In this document: in pieces, positions 1 to 8,527 of the stretch
Position numbering within the stretch: position 1 is the stretch's first letter
How the letters are laid out: each line of letters opens with the position of its first letter
Source: Candidatus Cloacimonadales bacterium
GTDB lineage: Bacteria; Cloacimonadota; Cloacimonadia; Cloacimonadales; JAIOQZ01
DNA: 64,000 nt
Assembly: GCA_963665815.1 (NCBI GenBank)
Contig: OY762463.1
Span: 1,445,735-1,509,734 of the forward strand
Direction: 5' to 3'
Notes under the pieces: generated by a model
What the model was told of the DNA's origin: nothing
The model's database searches: none
What the model saw: only the letters and a program-made list of their open reading frames with translations
Program-made: the position numbers and the translations under genes

Positions 1-1
1 C

Positions 2-1138
2 TTCAAACTTGAAGCTCAGCAGTATGGACAACTCACGTACATCAGAGTTTATCAGGGAAGCCTCAATAAAGGCGACAACCTTGTAAACAGACGTACAAGG
101 AAAAGAATAAAGGTTGGACGTCTTGTAAGAATGCACGCAAGCAGTATGGAAGACATTACATACGCCAGAGCAGGAAACATTGTAGCTCTGTTTGGTGTTG
201 ACTGTGCTCTTGGTGATACGTTTACGGGCGAGGATATCAATTACTCACTGAGAGAAACTTTTGCTCCTGAACCAATTATTTCGCTGGCTCTCATTGTGAA
301 AGACACTAAGTCAAATGATCAGCTTTCCAAAGCCCTTAACCGTTTCACCAAGGAAGATCCTACTTTTAAAGCTTATATTGATGAAGAAACATCAGAAACT
401 ATTATCTCCGGTATGGGAGAACTTCACCTTAACGTATACGTGGAAAGAATAAGACGTGAATACGGTGTTAATGTTGATGTTGGAGCACCTAAAGTTTCTT
501 ACAGAGAAACATTCAAGAAACACGTAACATTCGATTATACACATAAAAAACAATCCGGTGGTCGCGGACAGTACGCAAGAGTCCAGGGAACGTTCTCACC
601 ATCAGGTTCAGATGAGAACATTTTTGAAGATAATATCAAAGGTGGAGTTATTCCATCCAACTATATCCCGGGCTGTGAAAAAGGCTTTTTCAATTGTATG
701 GATAAAGGTCAGATCACAGGATTTCCTCTTGTAGGTGTCAAAATGACGCTTGACGATGGTAATTTTCACCCGGTAGACTCATCTATGCTTGCATTTGAAG
801 TTGCTACGAGAGATGCTTTCAGAGAGCATTACGGACAAAGCAGTATTAAAATCCTTGAACCGGTTATGAATGTTTCCATTGATACACCATCCGAGTTCAG
901 ATCTAATGTACTTGCTGTTGTGAATCAGAGACGCGGTTTAATTACAGATACAGTCGTAGAAGATCACTTTACCAAGATTGAAGCCGAGATTCCTTTAAGC
1001 GAAACTTTTGGTATGGCAACAGTAATCAGATCATCCACTCAGGGAAAAGCCGAGTTCACAATGATGTTCAGTTCCTACAAGCCTGTTCCTGCTCAGATAG
1101 AAGAAGAGCTTATTCAGGAAATGAGGAACAAAAAGTAA
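2..1138 (+). CDS. fusA: Elongation factor G family GTPase, C-terminal ~380 aa (5' end cut by window edge)
   Basis: The frame is open from base 2 (FKLEAQQYGQLTYIRVYQGSL...), so the ATG at 131 is internal. EF-G domain II-V signatures are present: GMGELHLNVYVERIRREYGV, HKKQSGGRGQYARV, FHPVDSSMLAFEVA, IPLSETFGMATVIRSSTQGKAEF. Confidence 0.85.
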   Translation, partial: FKLEAQQYGQLTYIRVYQGSLNKGDNLVNRRTRKRIKVGRLVRMHASSMEDITYARAGNIVALFGVDCALGDTFTGEDINYSLRETFAPEPIISLALIVKDTKSNDQLSKALNRFTKEDPTFKAYIDEETSETIISGMGELHLNVYVERIRREYGVNVDVGAPKVSYRETFKKHVTFDYTHKKQSGGRGQYARVQGTFSPSGSDENIFEDNIKGGVIPSNYIPGCEKGFFNCMDKGQITGFPLVGVKMTLDDGNFHPVDSSMLAFEVATRDAFREHYGQSSIKILEPVMNVSIDTPSEFRSNVLAVVNQRRGLITDTVVEDHFTKIEAEIPLSETFGMATVIRSSTQGKAEFTMMFSSYKPVPAQIEEELIQEMRNKK

Positions 1139-1433
1139 CCCCAACAAACTCATATAGATCAAGAGTACTTTGCTTGATAAGAGCTTTGCATAATATCACA
1201 ACCAAATAGCTTTGGTGAAAAGTTTCGATGAGATTTTTGAATTCATCAAGAAAGTTTCTTTAAGAAGCATATTCTGGTGCAGAATTTGATGAATCATAAA
1301 ATCGAATCAACTATTCAGGTTAGGCAAAGATTTCTTATCGAATACCAACCTTGCTGCAATGAACTCGAGAGTAACAGAACATTTGACCTTGGTTTTATAA
1401 CTAAGGTCTCACAAGATTCCTTCTCAAAACAAA

Positions 1434-1462
1434 ACAGTCACCCGTCAGTGACTGTTTTTTTT
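1434..1462 (+). terminator. Rho-independent terminator, potentially bidirectional
   Basis: 8-bp stem ACAGTCAC/GTGACTGT with a 6-nt loop, followed by a T8 run. An A-run lies on the 5' side. It sits ~300 nt after the fusA stop and directly abuts repeat copy 1. Confidence 0.75.
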
Positions 1463-1467
1463 ATTGT

Positions 1468-1838
1468 GAAAATACCAGTGTTTCATACTGTACTCCTCAC
1501 TTTTAGGTGGTTATAAATTGCCTTTCTTGTTTTTGAAGTTGAACTCCCTTCATTTTCTTTAAATGACTGTAAAAAGATACTTTCTCATTAACGGACTAGT
1601 TGATGAAATTAGGAAATTTCATCGAATCCGATTAGAACAAGGTATCCGGTTTTTGAAATTCACACACAAATGCTGTTAAGCGTTACCAATTATACATTAT
1701 CGGGTATTTTCCACCCACACAACAAAATAACAGTGCAATTGTTAATAGAGTTTCAGGAATTTGTCAATAAATAAGTTTGTGGATTATGGGACTTTTGTCA
1801 GAATTGTCAAAGTGTGTTGTTATAAGTGGTAAATAAAA
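1468..1838. repeat. Modular intergenic repeat, copy 1 (modules B-C-E-F)
   Basis: Near-identical to 3363-3445 plus 3660-3856, and to 6017-6187 plus 6425-6553. Shared strings include AAAATACCAGTGTTTCATACTGT, GATGAAATTAGGAAATTTCATCGAATCCGATTAGAA, GGTATCCGGTTTTTGAAATTCACACACAAATGCTGTTAAGC, and GTTTGTGGATTATGGGACTTTTGTCAGAATTGTCAAAG. Confidence 0.9.
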
Positions 1839-1884
1839 TTTGTCACAATTCTGATTTGGATCTAGTATGTGCCTTATACCATAA

Positions 1885-2316
1885 CTATGAAGAAACTAAT
1901 GCATCGACACTTGATACAGGTATTGCATCAGAACCTGTATAATTTTGGTCTGTACTGATATCCCAAGTTTTGTTGTTTATATATTCATCAGTAGCATTAA
2001 CAAATATTGTGTTCCCATTTGCATTACCTGTTGATGCGTTTATAATTAATTGGCTACACATTGAAGCAGTAAAATAATTAAACGTCCCAGTCCAAAAATA
2101 TGAGTCATTTATAACTTTGATTTGAGTATGCCCATTCACATTTAGATCAAAGATTGGTACCTGCAAATTAATCATGAAATTCATTGTAACTAGCCAACCT
2201 AGATTCCACAGTGCTTCTTCAAAAAGATCAGTGATTACACTTTCAAAGATAACTGGTAGATCAATAGCATTATTACAGAAATTATTGATCGCATAGTACC
2301 TCCCTTTCAAGATCAC
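1885..2316 (-). CDS. Hypothetical protein (143 aa); possibly the frameshifted C-terminal part of the upstream ORF
   Basis: The ORF overlaps the 3' end of 2282..3265 by 35 nt. It has only GTG/TTG start candidates and no Shine-Dalgarno. The sequence looks beta-rich and is not low-complexity. Confidence 0.4.
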   Translation of the reverse strand: MILKGRYYAINNFCNNAIDLPVIFESVITDLFEEALWNLGWLVTMNFMINLQVPIFDLNVNGHTQIKVINDSYFWTGTFNYFTASMCSQLIINASTGNANGNTIFVNATDEYINNKTWDISTDQNYTGSDAIPVSSVDALVSS

Positions 2317-3265
2317 GCAACAATTCCCTCATTTTTTCAAACATTTCTTCGTAATTATTATATTTTGTAACATATTCATCCAGTGCTTCTCCCATAGTTG
2401 CATAAATAACTCCTTCGGGATAAATTGGAGGATAGATTTTCGGTTTCCCTCCCGAGATATCATATATTGCTGTGCTATTGGAAATATAGGAATCATTAAT
2501 GAAAACTTCAGAGTTTTCGTTTGGTGATACATCAGTTGTTTTGACGAAGCGATAATCGTAGTTAATAAGATATATTTCACCTATCTCAAATTTTCTCAAA
2601 TCGTTTTGCATAACTATATCAATTTCAACTTCATGGTTTTCTAACAAATTAAATGGTGTTTCCAGTACTTTAAACTTATTATGAAGTGTTCTTCCATACT
2701 TATCACTTTCAGTGTAATTTTCAAGCTGAACTAAAGCCCAATAATCATATCGTTGTAGAACAGACAACATAATGTAATTATTATTGCTTTTAATGAATCT
2801 CCTCCATAATTTTCCTCTTATGCTTGAAATCTTGGGCAGATTTCTAAGAATATTTCTTCCACGTTGTTGCATTTCAATTATTGTGTTTGGGTTCAACATC
2901 AATGATCTAAGCTCATCAGCACTATATAAATTTGGTCGAAGTGCTCCTTCATAGTTTGAGTTAATGTAATTCATTTCTGCCCAGAATTTTTTATGATAGA
3001 TCTTAATCTTTATATCATAATAAACAATTTTCATTAGGGTTCTGTCATCAAAATTATCTAAGTATTTTTCAGTTATGCTATTTAGATTTTTCCCCGGTTC
3101 CCACTGCTTGTGTATCTCCGTCATAGCTTTTCTGAAGAATTCCATATACTCTCTGACCATTGGGACATCTTCCCCGGTAACGCTGGAGTATTTAAGTTTT
3201 ATTTCATCGGCACACATACTTGCTGTAACAAGTGTAATTAATGCCAGTATTATTAGTTTTTTCAT
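2282..3265 (-). CDS. Hypothetical secreted protein (327 aa)
   Basis: N-terminal signal peptide MKKLIILALITLVTASMC. A conserved promoter module lies upstream. I recognised no domain. Confidence 0.65.
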   Translation of the reverse strand: MKKLIILALITLVTASMCADEIKLKYSSVTGEDVPMVREYMEFFRKAMTEIHKQWEPGKNLNSITEKYLDNFDDRTLMKIVYYDIKIKIYHKKFWAEMNYINSNYEGALRPNLYSADELRSLMLNPNTIIEMQQRGRNILRNLPKISSIRGKLWRRFIKSNNNYIMLSVLQRYDYWALVQLENYTESDKYGRTLHNKFKVLETPFNLLENHEVEIDIVMQNDLRKFEIGEIYLINYDYRFVKTTDVSPNENSEVFINDSYISNSTAIYDISGGKPKIYPPIYPEGVIYATMGEALDEYVTKYNNYEEMFEKMRELLRDLEREVLCDQ

Positions 3266-3856
3266 ACTTTTCCTTTTTTCTTGATTTTAGTTATTTCGTT
3301 TTACTTGTCAAATTTTACAGTTTTGTTGTTAACTAATTCTTTGTACTATCTGCCTGCCTACGGAAAATACCAGTGTTTCATACTGTGCTCCTCACTTTTG
3401 GGTGTTATAAATCGCCTTTCTTGTTTTTAAAATTGAACTACCTTTTCGACTCTGCATACAATGTGCAAAACAGGTTTTTGTCGTCTTCTTTGTACAAAGA
3501 ATATTCCCTTTCCCGACTTTATCGGGACTCAGGGAGCTTTTATATTGATATTTACCAATAAGTTAAGTTGATTGAGCCCCGAAGAATCGGAAAAATTTAC
3601 TATACAATGATAAAGAAACATTATGCAGAAATTTCTTAATTAGAAGGGCATTTTAATAAGGTATCCGGTTTTGAAATTCACACACAAATGCTGTTAAGCT
3701 TTACCAATTCTAGATTATCGTGTATTTTCCACCCACACAACAAAATAACAATTTAATTTTAAAGAGGTTTCAGGAATTTGTCAATAAATAAGTTTGTGGA
3801 TTATGGGACTTTTGTCAGAATTGTCAAAGTATGTTGTTATAAGTGGTAAATAAAAA
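3266..3856. repeat. Modular intergenic repeat, copy 2 (modules A-B-unique-D-E-F)
   Basis: Module A (3266-3362) matches 5919-6016. B matches 1468-1550 and 6017-6100. D (3588-3659) matches 6355-6424. E-F matches 1640-1838. Confidence 0.9.
3284..3311 (-). promoter_or_regulatory. Sigma-70-type promoter for the 327-aa gene (inside repeat module A)
   Basis: Read on the minus strand: TTGACA (3311-3306), 16-nt spacer, TAAAAT (3289-3284), about 20 nt upstream of the ATG at 3265. The homologous position in copy 3 is also promoter-like. Confidence 0.55.
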
Positions 3857-3888
3857 TCGTAAAAAGAATTTTGAAGATCCGAGAAGCT

Positions 3889-4788
3889 CTATGCTATCAC
3901 CCTGTCTCCATCCGAAAGCCTGTAGAAGTACACTCCGGATGCAACAGATTTGTTATTCTCGTCCTCTCCGTTCCAGATAACTTTGTTTTCTCCTTCTTCT
4001 GCTTCCAGCTCAAAGGTCTTAACTTTTTGCCCCTTTATGTTGTATATACAGATTTCCGGATCAGAAATATCTTTTGTGAGGCTGTATGATATGGACGTTG
4101 TTGGATTAAAAGGATTGGGGTAGTTGGAAAGTATGTGATTTCCTTTCAGCATTACTCTGAAATCATTATCAATATCCATACATATAGTATCAAAAAAAGT
4201 ATACTGATGACCACTTCCTCCTCTTTGAACTTTCGGAGAAAGCTCTACATCTGGTTGATTTGCCCCAAGATTATTGTGTTCATTGACAAAACTTGGACTA
4301 GATATATCATAATGGCTAATATCTTGATTCATTGCCCATACAGGAATCCCATAGTATTCGTAGCAATATTCTACAATTCCATCACATCTTATATCTGTAA
4401 CTTCGTCAGGTTGTATATAGTAGAAATTTGGGTTTGAATCATCGTAATTCAATGCATCTCCTGCAGTATAGGAGATATCAGTGAAATCCAAAAGGTCTTC
4501 AGCAAAAAGGCATATTGAAGCCCTATGAGAGATGTCCATATTTGAATTATTGCAGTGACATATGTAATCTTGCCCATCTAAAAACCCACTCCAATCAACT
4601 ATTTCTACTTCACAAAAATATCCCCCAATATGCACAATTTCTGTAAGCCCTACATAAATTCCAGCATGATCCAAATTATTTAGAAAGCCACCTTCTCTAT
4701 ATACTGCATCAGCAATAGTTTCATTATCAGTTTGGCAATAAACAATAGTAAATTGTATCAGTATAAGTAATATCATCAATATTCTCAT
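3889..4788 (-). CDS. Secreted protein with a putative permuted papain-fold (NlpC/P60-like, YiiX/LRAT-type) hydrolase domain and a T9SS-type C-terminal sorting domain
   Basis: Signal peptide ending VYC|QTD. His-then-Cys order of motifs: LDHAGIYVG, then DIRCDGIVEYCYEYYG. C-terminal NYPNPFNPTTSISYSL...IYNIKGQKV...WNGEDENNKSVASGVYFYRL. Confidence 0.6.
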   Translation of the reverse strand: MRILMILLILIQFTIVYCQTDNETIADAVYREGGFLNNLDHAGIYVGLTEIVHIGGYFCEVEIVDWSGFLDGQDYICHCNNSNMDISHRASICLFAEDLLDFTDISYTAGDALNYDDSNPNFYYIQPDEVTDIRCDGIVEYCYEYYGIPVWAMNQDISHYDISSPSFVNEHNNLGANQPDVELSPKVQRGGSGHQYTFFDTICMDIDNDFRVMLKGNHILSNYPNPFNPTTSISYSLTKDISDPEICIYNIKGQKVKTFELEAEEGENKVIWNGEDENNKSVASGVYFYRLSDGDRVIA

Positions 4789-5918
4789 TTCACACCTCTT
4801 ACTTTGTAACCTCTGTGCTTAGTTAATATTTTCTTCATTGAAGCTAAGTATGATTCGTTTTCCTCTAAAAATCTCAGAACATTTTTCCCCATTTTCTGCA
4901 ATTCTTCATTGTTTGTACTATTAATCAACTTTAATATTTTTTCTTTATCATAAGGGAGTTTACCCTTCATCAAAGCAATTAACCCTTGTATTTGATAATA
5001 TTCATTACTTTTGCATTCAATCATAGCCTCAATTGTATTAATTGAGTTAAATAGATTGTATGGAAAGCTTTCTCTTGCCATTCTTGGAAACTTGTCTGCA
5101 TTTTTAAAAGCTTTCTCATATACTCCTAAGCATGCAATAACAGCTTCAGGATGATTCATATCTACAAGCTTATGTCTGATTGCTGATAAAATTTTCTGAT
5201 TTTCTGTGTTTTCACTTATCTCCATTAGTTTTCCAATGTACTTAATATCAAAATTTGGAACAAGACACATAATAGCAGATTGCAGAATTTTCTCATCATA
5301 TTCATTTGGATTGTTTAATACAGGTGCAACATAATTTTCCAAATCAGGATGTTTTGCTCTTCTGAGTTTATGAAGTAAAGATGCTGATATTTTTTTTTTG
5401 TTATTAGATTTAAGCAAATTTATAATCTCTTCAAGATTATCATTAACATTACTGTCTAACTTAGAAACAGCATATTTCCTTAGTCTCTTATCAACTTCAA
5501 CATCTTTAGCAATACTTAGAATAATATCTTGATAATCTACATATAGCCGACTGTCTTTTTTTATGAATTTCTTTGCTGTATCAATTAAAAATGCCCTGTA
5601 TTTGGGTACATATGACTTATTCTTAAGAAGCTCAAGAATAAGTTCTTTATTCTTATCATCATCCAGCTTATCATTCAACTGAACCAATACCAGCATTACT
5701 CCTGATTCAAAATTCTTCTCATCATATAATACAAGCTCGTAGGCAAATTCAAATAGTTCCTCAGCATTGAGAAAGCTCACGTATCCTTCATTATCCTTGT
5801 AATGATTAATGTGTTCCATCTTTTTGATTTTTTCCAGATCAAGGCTATATTCATTTTCTATAGAATAAATGCCTGTTATTGCAAATGTTATAATCAACAT
5901 TATCATAATTTTTTTCAT
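4785..5918 (-). CDS. Hypothetical exported alpha-helical (HEAT/ARM-like) protein, 377 aa
   Basis: Signal peptide MKKIMIMLIITFAITGIYS. The rest is helical, repeat-like and K/E/L-rich. Its stop overlaps the start of the downstream hydrolase gene by 4 nt (ATGA). Confidence 0.65.
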   Translation of the reverse strand: MKKIMIMLIITFAITGIYSIENEYSLDLEKIKKMEHINHYKDNEGYVSFLNAEELFEFAYELVLYDEKNFESGVMLVLVQLNDKLDDDKNKELILELLKNKSYVPKYRAFLIDTAKKFIKKDSRLYVDYQDIILSIAKDVEVDKRLRKYAVSKLDSNVNDNLEEIINLLKSNNKKKISASLLHKLRRAKHPDLENYVAPVLNNPNEYDEKILQSAIMCLVPNFDIKYIGKLMEISENTENQKILSAIRHKLVDMNHPEAVIACLGVYEKAFKNADKFPRMARESFPYNLFNSINTIEAMIECKSNEYYQIQGLIALMKGKLPYDKEKILKLINSTNNEELQKMGKNVLRFLEENESYLASMKKILTKHRGYKVRGVK

Positions 5919-6553
5919 TCTTTTTCCTTTTTTCTTAATTATAGTTAATTCGTTTTGCTTGTCAAATTTTACAGTTATGTTGTTAATAAATTCTTTGTTC
6001 TATCTGCCTGCTTATGGAAAATACCAGTGTTTCATACTGTACTCCTCACTTTTATGGGGTTATAAATTGCCTTTCTTGTTTTTGAAGTTGAGCTACCTTC
6101 ATTTTCTTTAAGTGACTATAAAAAGATACTTTCTCATAAACTGACTAGTTGATGAAATTAGGAAATTTCATCGAATCCGATTAGAATAAAGCAGTATCAA
6201 TCTATTAGCAAATACATTAAATATCCCTTCATTTTCTTTGAATATCCAAAGTAAACGAAGCAAAAGAAATGACATCTTTATCAAAAAGTATTTACAGCAA
6301 GCTGTAACCGTAAATCTTCCCTAAAATCCTTCCAAGGCTTCAGGATTTCTTAACGGAAAAATTTACTATACAATGATAAAGAAACATGATGCAGAAATTT
6401 CTTGATTAGAGGGCATTTTAATAAGGTATCCGGTTTTTGAAATTCACACACAAATGCTGTTAAGCGTTACCAATTCTACATTATCGGGTATTTTCCACCC
6501 ACACATCAAAATAACAATGCAATTGTTAATAGGGTTTCAGGAATTTGTCAATA
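5919..6553. repeat. Modular intergenic repeat, copy 3 (modules A-B-C-unique-D-E)
   Basis: See copies 1 and 2. Module F is absent and is replaced by the permease terminator. Confidence 0.9.
5938..5965 (-). promoter_or_regulatory. Sigma-70-type promoter for the 377-aa gene (inside repeat module A)
   Basis: Read on the minus strand: TTGACA (5965-5960), 16-nt spacer, TATAAT (5943-5938). A-rich AAGGAA ribosome-binding region before the ATG at 5918. Confidence 0.6.
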
Positions 6554-6581
6554 AAAAAACGCCCATCGCAATGACAGGCGT
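6553..6581 (-). terminator. Probable intrinsic terminator of the ispD...permease operon
   Basis: On the minus strand: ACGCC(tgtcattgcgatg)GGCGT followed by T7. It lies ~78 nt after the stop at 6659. The stem is short (5 bp plus 3 bp inner). Confidence 0.5.
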
Positions 6582-6658
6582 CTTTATAATGATTGGCAAA
6601 ATCTTGGACCGTCGTCCAATGTTATATCGTTGGATTCCGGTTTTGCTTTAGATAAAAA

Positions 6659-8527
6659 TTATTTTCGTTTTTCTCGGGAACGCTTGGATAATAACAGGAA
6701 AGTTCTTAGCGACTCGGCATCTTTCAATGCCATCCATTTTTTCAGAAAATCCTGTCTCTGTACAATCTGAGCAATGGCCATCAGTGATTTGAGATGGAAA
6801 TCCCTCTGATCCATACTTCCGGCAAGAACAAAGACTGCATTAACAGGTGAATTACCTTCTGTCCAGTTGATCCCGGCTTTGTTCCTGACAACGGCAATCC
6901 CGAACTGCTCTGTTCCCTCAAGTATAATATGAGGTATTGCAATATGATCTGTAATATTTGTATTAGACATCTTTTCCCGCTCACAAAAGTCCTTGTGCAG
7001 TTTTTCAACAGGCAAACTAAACTCTGTACTCAATTCTTCCGATATCAGTTCGAAGAACTCACTCAGTTCATTTGCTTCCGGTAGATCAATAATCTTTGCA
7101 TGCTTCAGTAAGCCGTCAAACCTGTCTTCTATTATCTCATCCCTGTCTTTCAGTATATCCAGCAGTTCGGATTCGAGAGCTTCATAGTTTGATGTATTTA
7201 CCAATGTCTTGTTCATTACCATTTTTACCAGCTTAACCAGAGCAGATTTATTTCTGTCTGTTTTAACAGCATAAATCCTATACCAGAAATAACAGAAGAA
7301 TATAAATCCCAAAGTAACAGTTAATGGCACAAATCCCATCTGGAAGATCAATATTGAATAGGTAAAGATTGCAAATATCTGAATCCATGGAAACATTGGA
7401 GACTTAAAAGTAGGTTTGTAATTACGTATCTTGGAGTAACGTACAACAATTACGGAAAAATTGACCATAATAAACAGGAGTATCATGAATGTAGAAGCTA
7501 CTTTTGCCAGAACTTCAACCTTAAGGAACAATATAACGATAACCATGAATGCACTGGTAAAGAATATGGATATTGTCGGGGTTTTATGTTTTTTACTTAC
7601 AAATCCGAACATCCCCGGCAACAGCTTGTCTCTGCTCATTGCCATGGGTACTCTTGAAGCCGCCAGAATACCTGCATTGGCAGTTGTCACGAATGCAAGA
7701 ATTGCACCCACTGAAAGAACAATCTTTCCGGCTTTGCCAAGGAACATTCCTGCGGCATCTGAAATTGGTGTCAAAGTATTGGTAATCTGCTCGGGTTTAA
7801 GCACTCCGAAGGTAATCCCAACAACCAGTATATACAAAACACTGACAATGAGATAAGCCATCATCATGGCTTTAGGTATTGACTTACCGGCATTTTTGCT
7901 TTCTTCGGCAATACTGGCTATTTTTGTCAGACCGCCATAAGAGATAAAGACTAAACCTGTTGCTTCCAGAATAGAGTTCATTGAACCTGATTTAATAGTA
8001 CTGAATACGTGAAAATCTGTCACCCTATAGCCAAATATTACATAAACTCCCAGAATTGCCAGTAAAAACATAACCAGAATCACCTGAAATGAACCGGAAC
8101 TCTTCACGCTGACCAGATTCACAATTGTGAAGAATATACAAGCTCCTGCTGCAATCAACTTTATGTGATTGTATGTAAGCTCGGGGAAAATAAGAGTCGC
8201 AAAAGCACCTATACCAATCAATGCAAACGAGCTTTTCAATGCTATGGAAAACCAGTTGGCAAATCCTGCCAGAATCCCTGCAGGTGTTCCCAGAATACGC
8301 TCTGCATAGAAGTAGGTACCTCCACTGCGTGTCATTGCTGTTGAAAGTTCAGCTTTTGAGTAGACACTTGGCAACATCAGAACAGCAGCAAGAATATAAG
8401 AGATAATCGCTCCGGTTTTTGCTTCTGCGTAGGCAATGGCAGGAAGCACAAACAATCCTGAAGAAATCATTGATCCTGCTGCAAAGCTGAATAAAGAGAA
8501 AACTCCGAGATTTTTGTGTAGTTTCAT
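6659..8527 (-). CDS. APC-family amino acid permease fused to a C-terminal PTS EIIA type-2 (fructose/mannitol/Ntr-type) domain
   Basis: About 12 hydrophobic helices in the first ~440 aa. The C-terminal ~150 aa carry the EIIA-2 signature ITDHIAIPHIILEG and ...VFVLAGSMDQRDFHLKSLMAIAQI. Confidence 0.8.
   Translation of the reverse strand: MKLHKNLGVFSLFSFAAGSMISSGLFVLPAIAYAEAKTGAIISYILAAVLMLPSVYSKAELSTAMTRSGGTYFYAERILGTPAGILAGFANWFSIALKSSFALIGIGAFATLIFPELTYNHIKLIAAGACIFFTIVNLVSVKSSGSFQVILVMFLLAILGVYVIFGYRVTDFHVFSTIKSGSMNSILEATGLVFISYGGLTKIASIAEESKNAGKSIPKAMMMAYLIVSVLYILVVGITFGVLKPEQITNTLTPISDAAGMFLGKAGKIVLSVGAILAFVTTANAGILAASRVPMAMSRDKLLPGMFGFVSKKHKTPTISIFFTSAFMVIVILFLKVEVLAKVASTFMILLFIMVNFSVIVVRYSKIRNYKPTFKSPMFPWIQIFAIFTYSILIFQMGFVPLTVTLGFIFFCYFWYRIYAVKTDRNKSALVKLVKMVMNKTLVNTSNYEALESELLDILKDRDEIIEDRFDGLLKHAKIIDLPEANELSEFFELISEELSTEFSLPVEKLHKDFCEREKMSNTNITDHIAIPHIILEGTEQFGIAVVRNKAGINWTEGNSPVNAVFVLAGSMDQRDFHLKSLMAIAQIVQRQDFLKKWMALKDAESLRTFLLLSKRSREKRK

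Noticed and set aside
1277-1516. 79-aa plus-strand ORF downstream of fusA
   Set aside because: It runs straight through the terminator hairpin (1434-1462) and into repeat module B. It has no SD. The partial similarity to 24.8 kb extends outside the ORF and includes stops in the other copy.
6454-6651. 65-aa ORF (MLLSVTNSTLSGIFHPH...) inside repeat module E, with shorter counterparts at ~1671 and ~3689
   Set aside because: The three copies differ by non-synonymous changes and premature stops (34, 22 and 65 codons). There is no SD. The DNA conservation is not codon-patterned.
7461-7856. Antisense/alternate-frame ORFs inside well-supported genes (e.g. 7461..7856, 11288..11539, 13151..13624, 15014..15379, 23001..23357, 28628..28987, 42272..42604, 43617..43955, 45660..46091, 47214..47549, 51339..51836, 58981..59433)
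   Set aside because: Each is fully embedded in a longer ORF with strong family motifs on the other strand or frame. They are compositionally biased (S/L/I/F/C-rich) and have no SDs.
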